This document shows positions 31,875-42,470 of a stretch of DNA of 64,000 bases, piece after piece. The notes under the pieces were generated by a model that was not told the DNA's origin, did no database searches, and was given only the letters and a program-made list of their open reading frames with translations. A program made the position numbers and the translations under genes. Numbering within the stretch: the stretch's first letter is position 1; each line of letters opens with the position of its first letter. This DNA comes from Macrostomum lignano (lineage: Eukaryota), in assembly GCA_002269645.1 (NCBI GenBank), contig NIVC01001140.1, positions 97,529 to 161,528 of the forward strand, given 5' to 3'.

Positions 31875-34800
31875 TCAGGCACTCGCGTCCCGAGCCTGCC
31901 GCGTTTCCAGCATCTCGAGGGTCTCGCGGGCCCATTTAACAGCTTCAATGTCGTTGCCAACCTCCTGGACGAATTCTAATAGCACGGCATGGCCGCCCTC
32001 GGAGGCGAGCAGGGGCACGTACTTGTCGGGCAGGTGCTTGCACATGCTCATGAGCGCCCAGGTGCCCCAGGCGTAGCTGGCCCTAGAGCGGCGGCACCGC
32101 AGCAGCCGCAGGATGGGCTGAAAGGAGCGATAATTGATCTGCCGGCTGAGGTTGCTGGTCGGCCACTTGCGGATCACCTCGCTGACCTTGGCGTCCAGCT
32201 CCCGCTCCACCTCGGTGAGCTCCTTTTCCCGCCTGCTGTGCAGGCAGTGGGCCACAATTCCCGCCGCGTTGTAGGCGGCCTCGACATTATCTGCTGTCCA
32301 GCGGCTCAGGTACACCAGTAGGATGTCCGCGATCTCCCTGGACTCGCCAGTCAGCAGGTCCGCGGCCAGGCTCGGCACCTCGGACACGTTGCCCAGCAGC
32401 CCCAGCACATTCCGCATCAGCTCTTGGGAGGCATCCGGCGAAGTGGAGTGCACGCGGTGGCAGTCGACAAGGCACTGCAGCCCGCCACTCTGCATGAAGG
32501 CAGCGCAGTTTGGCTCACTCTCGTCCGTGATGTTCCACAGGATGCTCCAGGCTGAGCTCAGGCACTGCGCCTGCGGGGCTCCGGCAATCCGCCTGGGCGG
32601 GTTCAAGCAGTTCTGGATAAACTGCAGCGCCCGGGTGACCAGCCGGCACTCGCAGCCGACGAACTGCCGCTCTGGCTCGTCGAAAGAGATCGCCAAGTAG
32701 TTGATCACCGCCAGCACGTAGCGGATGGACTCGGGCTCTTCCTCCTCGCAGCTCTGGTCCAGCACGAACAGCAGCGACCGGAGCAGCTTCACTCTACGGG
32801 AAATGGGCGAGGATTCTCTGATGGGGCGAGGGCGAGGATTCTCTGATGCGGATGAGGATTCTCGGATAGGGCGAGGGCGAGGATTCTCTGATGGGACGAG
32901 GGCGAGGATTTTCTGATGGGACGAGAGCGAGGATTCTCTGATGGGACGAGGGCGAGGATTTTCTGATGGGACGAGAGCGAGGATTCTCTGATGGGACGAG
33001 GGCGAGGATTCTCTGATGGGACGAGGGCGAGGATTCTCTGATGGAACGAGGGCGAGGATTCTCTGATGGAACGAGGGCGAGGATTTTCTGATGGGACGAG
33101 AGCGAGGATTCTCTGATGGGACGAGGGCGAGGATTCTCTGATGGGACGAGGGCGAGGATTCTCTGATGGAACGAGGGCGAGGATTCTCTGATGGAACGAG
33201 GGCGAGGATTTTCTGATGGGACGAGAGCGAGGATTCTCTGATGGGACGAGGGCGAGGATTCTCTGATGGGACGAGGGCGAGGATTCTCTGATGGAACGAG
33301 GGCGAGGATTCTCTGATGGAACGAGGGCGAGAATTCTCTGATGGGACGAGGGCGAGGATTCTCTGATGAGACGAGGGCGAGGATTCTCTGATGAGACAAG
33401 GGCGAGGATTCTCTGATGGGCGAGGGCGAGAATTTTCTCTGATTTACTGTACACTCAATGGCATGTTGTGCTAAGCTATGCACAAATGATGGAGCAAATG
33501 CACACAGAAAAGTCGAAAAAGAATTAGTTCACCTGGAGCAGCTCATGATAGCCGCCTCAATTTCGTTATTCAGCAGCAGGAAGAGGGACAGCAGGAAGTT
33601 GCGTCTGGTCAGCGGGTCGGCCCGCCAGCGGTAGATGGAGGTGGCAATGACGTCCAGGCAGCGGCAGACTGTGTCGAAAAGGCCGGCCGGGCGGGCCTGC
33701 AGGTAGGAGCGGATGAGGTAGTAGATCGATGCGGAGGCCTGCAGGAACAGTGCCTCGAGCTTTTCGTCGGCCCAGACGAAGTCCTCCATGATGTCGAGCA
33801 GGCGGTGCAACAGGCGCAAGCCGCAGGCGGCGCTGTTGTCGGGGCCTGGCTGAGCGGGCAGCCGCAAGAACTGGAACAGCGAGCGCAGCACGATGGTCGC
33901 AGCCTGGGGGTCGCGGGCGAACTCGCGCAGCAAGCAGGAAAAGCCAGCAAGGCTGCGCTCGGAGCCGACGCGGTCAGCGCCATCAAAGCCATCAAGGCGG
34001 CTGGCCGCGCCAAACAGGCCGAGGTAGTCAAAGGCGGCGAGCTCGGCAGACAGGGCGGGAGCGGCATCGGCCAGGCTGGTGAACGATAGGTCGAGCCGGC
34101 GAAGGCGGGGCAGCCGCTGCAGCAGGCGGCGCAGGCGGTCGGCGGCATCGGCGAAAGGGAACAGCAGCGTCTCCGCGTCTGGCAGCGGGTCGTTGTGCGG
34201 TAGCCCGACGTCCAGCACCTCTAAAAGCGGGAACTTCTCGCACAGGGCATCCAAGCCGCTCGCGTCCGACTCGGACAGCTCGTCGAGGCGCGCGGCCACC
34301 TCGGTGTCGAAGTTGTACGTCTCCAGCAGCTCCGCCACCTGCAGCAGAGATTTGTGCACCGTTATCTTTGCCAGCTTTAGCGAGGGATTTCTTTACAAGC
34401 AACGATAATTAACAAGCATTTAACTTGTGATAGGGGCCTCGCGGCCTAATCGTTTTGCAGTAGTAACAGTAACTAACAGCAAGTTTACAGCAGCAGTAAT
34501 TTTGCTTATCAAATGGCTATTTAGTCAGTTAAAGTGCAAAAGGGTGCGTGAAATCAGGTTCATGACGGCCAGCTCACCGTGATGTCCTCGGAGTCGGCCA
34601 GAAACAGGGCGACGCAGCGGCGCAGGCCGAGGCAGCGCAGCGCGGGCATCTGCGGCGCCGCCAGCAGCTGTGCGGCCGTGATGCCGCTGCCTGCCAGGTC
34701 CAGCGAGACCAGGTTGGCGCAGATGAAGCGAACGTCCAGGTCAGCCAGGGGGTTTGAGTCCGGGTGGGCTGGCAGGCGAGCCCGCAAGCAAGTGACGCGG

Positions 34801-35333
34801 TTAAAGCTGATGCGGTGGTCAGCCTTGATGAGATCCAGGTAGTGCGCGCCGATGTCCAGTGTGTGCAGCAGGGAGGCGAGGCGGCGTAGGTGCACGATGT
34901 AGGTGTCCAGCTTGGGCTCGAGCGCCAGGCCTTCGTACAGGTAGAGACTGGCGGGCGTGAGGTTGAGCAGGGCGGTGAGCAGCTCCTGCTGAGCGCCGGG
35001 GTAGGGCTCGTCCCCAAGGCTGGGCGCCGTGTTGCTAGGCAGCAGGTCCAGGCGGGGCACGCAAGCGCCGCGGAACAGGGCCACCTGGCGGATGGCGGCG
35101 GCAGTGACGCGGACGGGCTGGTCAGGCATCTGGCGGTAGTCAAAGCGGGCTGGGGTGAACCTGCGCATGCCATCAAGCAGGGGCAGCAGCAACAGCTCGG
35201 CCCCCAGCTGGCTCCGGTTCAGCCAGCTGTGCTGCCCAGCCAGCGGGCCGCCGGACTCCCAGTTGGTGTCGCAGGACAGCAGCTTCCAGGCGCACAGCTC
35301 CATGAGGCTCAGGTCTGGCGGCTGCGTTGCCAT
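31875..35333 (-). CDS. ZER1: ZER1/ZYG11-family CRL2 substrate receptor (BC/VHL box, LRR, ARM), 826 aa; exons 35333-34578, 34338-33533, 32793-31875
   Basis: N-terminal PDLSLMELC box, LRR-like middle, and C-terminal SAWSILWNITDE...MRNVLGLLGNVSEV...YNAAGIVAH...INYRSFQPILRLL...WALMSM...PDKYVPLL..EGG. Exon lengths sum to 2481 nt in frame. Confidence 0.92.
32805..33440. repeat. Minisatellite, 25-bp unit x about 25, in ZER1 intron 2
   Basis: Unit gggcgaggattctctgatgggacga with recurring variants. Confidence 0.95.
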
Positions 35334-35607
35334 GGTGTCAGATTTGACGGGGTGGCAGGGATTGGGCTTGGCGCCTAGGGCCGCTCAATACAGCCTTCGT
35401 CTGTGGGCATTGTGAGGTGCAGTCAATGCTTTACTAATGGTAGTGCGGAAGGCAACTTTGGCCGAATCAAAACGACAAGCTGCGATTTTTTATGACAAAA
35501 TAAGAAACAATTCTACTAATAGTACTATGGTTACATAGTAGCACTGGTAGAATTTAGGATAAAGAATTAGACAAAAAAGGTCAAACAGGTTGAAAAAATC
35601 AATTTGA

Positions 35608-36699
35608 TGAAGCGGCTCGCGTGCGGCGAGATGAAGACCGCTTGTCTTTTAATAAAGTGCTGCGGCTAGGCCTTTTACGGCTCGAGTTTATTTGGGCCAT
35701 AGACAGTTTGAGCAGCAGTGGCTGGCTCTGTCAAAAGTACATGTGTCCGCTACACAACTCCCCCCAGAGCCAGACAATGTTGCTCTTGCATTGTGCTCGT
35801 CAGGAGCTCAGCTGCTGCGGCAAACGGCTGGGTCGGCTGCGATTACTTTGCTACTAACGCAATGGAAATGACTGGGTTAGAAAAGGGTCACCGGCAGTGG
35901 ATGACCGGGTTGGGGCGTCTAAATTGGTAATGTGAAACTGCTAGTAGCACAGAAATCGAAAGCGTGCAGAGGCTGGCTCGATGGCGGGTGTTCAGGGACT
36001 GTCCAAAAGTGTGAGCACTTTGCTGCGGATAGAGCGAGCTGCGGGCCGGTGGCGTTGTGGGCCAGTTGAGGTCATAGGCACCAGCATTCTCGAGGCCGAG
36101 GGCAGCGGCAGCAGTGGATGGTTGTGCTGATGATGATGCTGCTGGTACGTATGCCATTGTGGTGATCCGTCGGTAGCGTGGTGGGGCCTGCAGCGCAGAA
36201 AAGTGCACCGATGCTTCGTCCGACGTGTCCGCCTGTGCTGCTGGGACAAGGCGTTGCCGAGGTGAGCCGCATCGACGTCGCAGCGTCGGGTGGGGCGTTG
36301 CCAGCAAACTTTGGCACGCGAGAGCCCCTTACCCGGAGTGCACTGCTCACCTACTGCATAACCGCAGTGACCAGGAATCGGTCATGGTCACTTTGATGCG
36401 GCTCCAGTCAGAAGCGCTGAGCCGGATGCAGGGATCGAGGTGGCCGATGGCTTTGGCTGGACTCGGAAGACCTGGTGACCGAAACTGTGACGAGGCAGCG
36501 GGCGAAAAGCTTGAAATACTCAGCTACGGCTGAGTATAGTCGGGCTCACCACTGAAGCGGCTCGCGTGCGGCGAGATGAAGACCGCTTGTCTTTTAATAA
36601 AGTGCTGCGGCTGGGCCTTTTACGGCTCGAGTTTATTTGGGCCATAGACAGTTTGAGCAGCAGTGGCTGGCTCTGTCAAAAGTACATGTGTCCGCTACA
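35608..36699 (-). mobile_element. TRIM-like non-autonomous LTR retroelement (1092 bp)
   Basis: 147-bp LTRs at 35608-35754 and 36553-36699 (1 mismatch), with minus-strand termini TGTAGCGG...CCGCTTCA. 4-bp TSD TTGA (35604-07, 36700-03). PBS TGGTGAGCCCG 1 nt after the 5' LTR and PPT GGGGGAGTTG before the 3' LTR. No recognisable coding domain. Confidence 0.9.
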
Positions 36700-37163
36700 T
36701 TGAACAAATTACAAGTTTAGAATGCTACTGCTTCCAGGTTTTGCAATAAAATAAAATATTACTTATAAATCATTGTAACCTTATCTAAATACATGTTTAT
36801 CTAAACATATCTAAATTTATAGTTGAACTAAGACCAGCTGGGTACATCATTCATTTCGCTATGCTATATATGTATTGGCATAATGAAATTAAAACAGTGC
36901 TCTTATGTTTGAAATCAGTAGCAGCAGCTAAGCATATAACATTGGTGACACACATTGAGCACACAAACTTTCAAAACAGAAATGCTGAAACTGCCAAAAA
37001 GGTTTGAGTGAAATGAGTCCATGTCTATAGCTGTCAAACTTTGATACTGAGATGCTACATGTAGTTTATTACAAAATTTGTACTGCATTTTTGGCTCCCA
37101 GCGCTAAGATACTAAGCTAAAAAATACTACTAGCGCTTCACAAACTTATGCAGATGTCCGGCT

Positions 37164-37401
37164 GTAGGGTTAGTGTTAGGGTTGGTGTTGGGGTTAAGGT
37201 TTAGGGTTAGGTTCAGGGTTATAGCGTTAAGATTCAGGTTAGGGCTAGGGTTAGGGTAGCTTATAACTTTAGCTTATGTAGCTTATTAAAAATGTTTATC
37301 ATAGAAGCGTCATGCAAAAAATCATAGAAGCATCATGCAAAAACTCATGGACAAAAGAATAAATTTAGTGTTATGGTTAAGGTTAGGGTTAGGGTTAGAA
37401 G
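37164..37401 (+). repeat. Degenerate interstitial TTAGGG-like tracts
   Basis: gggttagtgttagggtt...gttagggctagggttagggt and aaggttagggttagggttag. Confidence 0.7.
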
Positions 37402-38986
37402 TTTAACAGGAGATTTTTTAAGATTTCAAGGCTACATGTAGGTTATTAAAAAACGTGTATTGCATTTCTTTGGCTCCCCAACGGGGGCATAGATTGCTAG
37501 TGCGAAAACTATGAGCAAGAAGTCAGCCTCTAGTTGGATGCGTGTCAAATTAGCTATGGAAAGTGGCAGCAATCAATGTTATTCCTATGTGTTGGTCCAA
37601 ATATGAGTTTTCTGAAAACCAGGAAGAAATGGGCAATGACTTCTCTATAGCAGAGGGAAAGCTATATGAGCCTTCAAGGATGAGACAAATGTAATTTAGA
37701 AAAGTTTCAATCTGCTGCAAGCTTGCCAAAAAGATTGTGAAAATATTGACACTAGAGTTCTACCATAGATAATAGATATGGGTATGAGAAATTACAGATA
37801 TGGAGGCTTTTAGACAAAACATATGATATGGATATGGTTACAAGAATGTACATTTTCTATATCTTTTCATTTCCTATTGCATTTACCCCCTTTGGCCCTT
37901 TGTGCAACCAAAAACCAAAATGCAACTTACATATAAAAGAAACCTAAGCAACAATTAATGCAATTTTGGATAAATAACAGGAGTAACTATGACTATATTA
38001 TTAAAGCTAAATGCCTTATTATCTAATTAGAATTAAATCTGTATTTTTTTAGGTCAGGCATTTTTGCAATTTATATTGGCTAGGCCACTTATTAGCTAGC
38101 TAAATCAGCCAGCTTGGTGTTGCACATGGCAATTATTGTCAATACAAAGCTAATAAGTGTCAATCAATTGATTGAATTATTAAATCATTGATTGATTAAA
38201 TCAAGTATTAATTTTTTTTTATTCTATTGTTAATACATTGTAATAGAGAATCATGTGTGATTAATAATATAAACATTAATAATGTTGACAAAAAATGCTT
38301 ACAAAGTAAAAAAAAACTTGCAATATATATTTAGTCAATCATCTTCTAGTATAAGGTCAAGGTTTACATAGTCAAAGGTTTAAGTCAAAGTCAAAGGTCA
38401 AAGGTTTAAATCTTCTATGCTTTGTCTCTCATAAGGCTTAATATATGCAGTGTTGGGCACAATACTCAAAAAAAGTATCAATGAAAACCTATACTCAAAT
38501 ACCCTTTCTGAAAAAAGTATTGTTGATAACCTGAAAGTCTGATACCCAAATTTGAATATTGGCAATACCCTAATTCCGATACTATATTCAATACCCAGTT
38601 TTTGCAAAAAGAAATCTTGACAAATATAAATGCATATAAGTTAAGATTCTCAGACCTTCTCCTAGGTTTTTAAGGCAAATATAGCAAGCTTAGCATTGTT
38701 CTAAATGATGAAGCCTTTAGTAAAGCAAAAAATTAAATTAACAAATAAAAACCAATAGTTGCCACTGTAGTCAATCAATTGACTACCTACTAGCCTCTGT
38801 AGCATACAGTCTTCTTTATGCCTATTAGTAGAGTTATTGTTTTAGTATAGTGTGGCAACCTGCCAGTCTATGATTAGTACACCTGCACGCTTAACCTCAG
38901 CCTTGTTTTTTGGGTTGGGTGCATTTATATATACATGTAACTAGCTAGCCAGACTAAATGCTCTAAGCCAAGGTACAGAATTTAAA

Positions 38987-39939
38987 GGGTCCACCCCAAC
39001 TGCCAGCCAGAAAACTGCTAGCCGACAACTGCCAGCCGGAAAACTGCCAGCTGACAATTGCCAGCGGACAACTGCCAGCTGACAACTGCCAGTCGACAAC
39101 TGCCAGCCGACAACTGCCAGCCGACAATTGCCAGCCGAGAAAACTGCCAGCTGGAAAACTGCCAGCCGACAACTGCCAGTTGACAATTGGCAGCCGAGAA
39201 AACTGCCAGCCGGAAAACTGCCAGCCAACAACTGCCAGCCGAGAAATCTGCCAGCCGACAACTGCCAGCCAACAAGTTCTAGCTAATTGAATCTACTGTA
39301 GCCTACTTATTAGCTAAGTTAAAAGCACAAAACTGTTTGGCTAGCAAAAGGCTTGTGGGGTAGCCTTAAATGTCGCCCTTCCCTTCCCTAAATTTTTCAG
39401 ATTTCCCTTAGAAGTATATATGTGAAGGAGAAGGCATTCAAATTTCATATTTTAGGTAGCCTTTACTCTTTCTTTGAAAGCTTTATTTAAGTAAAGTAAT
39501 TTAATAGACTTATCTAGGATTGCGTCATATAGCAATTGCAATCGCAAAATAAATAAAAAAGTGAATAAACTTTCAATACAGAATTATTTACAATAGGCAT
39601 TACAGAATGCCTTCTCCTTCACATATATACTTCTAATGGAAATCTGAAAAATTTAGGGAAGGGAAGGGCGACATTTAAGGCTACCCCAAAAGCCTTTTGC
39701 TAGCCAAACAGTTTTGTGCTTTTAAATTAGCTAATAAGTAGGCTACAGTAGATTCAATTAGCTAGAACTTGTTGGCTGGCATTTGTTGGCTGGCAGATTT
39801 CTCGGCTGGCAGTTGTTGGCTGGCAGTTGTCAACTGGCAGTTGTCAGCTGGCAGTTGTTGGCTGGCAATTGTCGGCTGGCAGTTTTCCGGCTGGCAGTTA
39901 TCGGCTGGCAGTTTTCCGGCTGGCAGTTGGGGTGCTCCC
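38987..39939. mobile_element. Foldback/MULE-like non-autonomous DNA element (953 bp)
   Basis: Inverted arms 38987-39439 and 39605-39939 around a 165-bp spacer. Outer arms are built of 14-15-bp aactgccagccgac repeats. Termini are GGG. 9-bp TSD GAATTTAAA at 38978-86 and 39940-48. Confidence 0.92.
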
Positions 39940-42317
39940 GAATTTAAAGCCTTATCTCTGATTGGGTAACACCTTGCCTCTCCACCCTTTATACATGTAA
40001 ACCTAAGTAAATCGTGTCACCTTTCTTTCCTTTATTCAACTTGGCCTTGCCCAATATATGCACCTAAAATAGTGGATTTATTTATTTATTGCTGACAGTA
40101 TATATATACATTGCTTACTAAATTGATTGTTACTAGTGTATCAGACTATTGAACTATTGGGAAAATTTGAAAATTGTATTGGAAGTTACCAAAGTCCAAT
40201 ACTGTCAAAAAAGTATTGGCTTCCGATGCTCCAATACCTAAAAGGTATTGCCAATAGTATCAGAATATTGGAATTGTGCCTAACACTGAATATGTATTCA
40301 GCAACTTTGAAAAGTTACCACTATATGCCACTGAGCAATTTCTCTTAGATTATTTTGAAATAAAAGATACTTTACCTACATTCTCAAAAGTGCAACCATG
40401 GATGGAATCTTCTATGATGTGACTTTCAAATGATATTCCTATTGTTAATATATTACAAACAATATAGATTAAGGTATCTCAATGACTTTGGCATCCTTAG
40501 ATATTGTTTAGCATATATATTCTTTAGGAAAAATAGTACAGGTGGATTAATACACATTTTGATGTATAATTGATTAGAATAACAAGTATAAATATTAAAA
40601 TAGGTATAAGTATATATAAAGTCCAATAAAATAAAATATATACATATATTCCATTGAAATAAAATATAAAAATTGTATTCAATATGAATGATAATGACTA
40701 GAGTTTTTACTATAACTAAATTTTTCTATATCTATATCCATAGCTATATCTTGACATTTTTCCTATAGCCATCTGTATCTATATCTATAGCCATAGCTAG
40801 TGAACTTTTTGTAACTATTGTATAATGCTGAGACCTGAACCTTGATAGATGCCTTGGAAAGGCAGCTAGACACTGCATGTGGCTATGTTATATGCGACAT
40901 TTGGAGTGCATAGCCATCTAGGCAGCAAGACTAATATGGCACTATATATAAGGGCATTCCTAATGTGGCCTGACTTACTATGTGAGTGACAACTTTGATT
41001 GGCTAGTAGTCATTTGGTTGGAAGCCTTTTGCTTTAGGTTGCTACACAAAGTGCTACTGCTAGCCTTTTCTCTTCTCTCTTCCCTCTTTTTCCCTTTCTT
41101 TTGTACCTTTTCTTCTTTTTCTTTTGATATATTTTCTTGTATTGTTTAAATAACTAAAGTAAAAAATCCCAAATTTGTACCATGCAAGATCTTTTATAAG
41201 GACAATGGCTTACTTATCAGTTGGTTTCCAAGAAAGCCTCCTTTGTAATCTAGCCTTCTTTGACAATGGAAATGCTAGGTGGCTTTTCCATTAGCTTTAT
41301 TCAACTTAAAAGCTCCTACTATCCCAAACACAATGTGTAAGTGGTATCAAAAATGTTGACCTAAGTCCCTAACCCCAGGGACTTAAAAGCTACGTTTGTA
41401 TTGAAAGTAAAAATGTCTTAACTTTAGCCCCCCTGCCTATTTTAGCACCCTATGCATATAGTATCAAAATTTCTTTTTTGCTTGAGTTCCCAATTCTAAG
41501 GACTTAAGAGTTACCTTTATAATGAAAATGGAAATAGTCATCTTAAATTTAGCCCTCACAATCCTAACCCTATCCTAATCCTTGACCCTAGGGACTTAAA
41601 AGCATTAGTCCCTGCATTAAAAGTAAGAAAAATCTTAACATTAGATCCTACTACCCAACAACATGTATATGGCATTGAAACTTGCTAGGCCTATTGTTTA
41701 AGTCACCAAATTCTTGCAAGGACTTAAGTAAGGCCTAAGAGCTTTTTAAAAATGATAAAACATTCATATTAACTTTAGCCTTTATAAATATAGACCAATC
41801 AGAATATGGACATGGCAATAAAAATCTATATAAATGCTTGAATCCTAAAATAAATTAAAAGGACTTACAAGTTCCTCTCAATTTGAAACTAGCAATATTT
41901 ATTTATTTCTATTACCATATATCTATCAAATCAATCGCTCTAATGCCAATGGTCTTTCAAGTCTAAGTTGAATAGTATTACTAGATACAAGAATAGGAAC
42001 TAGACATAGGAAATAGATATTCGCATATGCTTTGCCAAAAAATCTTTATATCTATAGCTTTCCATACTATATCCATAATAATAATAATTTTTTTATCAAG
42101 ACTATAAAATATAATATAGCCATAGAGTAGGCCTAGGCCTAGCCTAGATAATTAGGTCTTAGGGCATTCTTTTATTTTAGGATATCCATAGTCCTATTGA
42201 TTACTTGCATCATTTTTGTTATACAATATCCAATGGAAAATATATTTTTTAGCATATAGGCCTTGATTAAAACAGACATAGGCAATTGCAAAAATCTAGC
42301 TTATAGCTTAATACCAG

Positions 42318-42470
42318 CAGTAGCGCAACTAGAAATTTTTTAAGGGGGGGCGGATTCTGAGGGCAAAGTCCCGGGAGGGGGGGCAGCGGAAGGGTGGCTT
42401 TGTTTTTGGCGAAAATTTGCTTGGTCCCCCCTTTGATTTTTTTTGGTCCCCCCCCCTGGTTTCGCCACTG
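42318..42470. mobile_element. hAT-type MITE (153 bp)
   Basis: TIRs CAGTAGCGCAAC / GTTTCGCCACTG and 8-bp TSD AATACCAG at 42310-17 and 42471-78. Confidence 0.85.

Noticed and set aside
32789-33483. 221- and 229-aa repeat ORFs
   Set aside because: Translation of the 25-bp intronic minisatellite of ZER1.
38941-39969. Leu/Ala/Trp-rich ORFs
   Set aside because: Products of the 14-15-bp subterminal repeats of the Foldback element.
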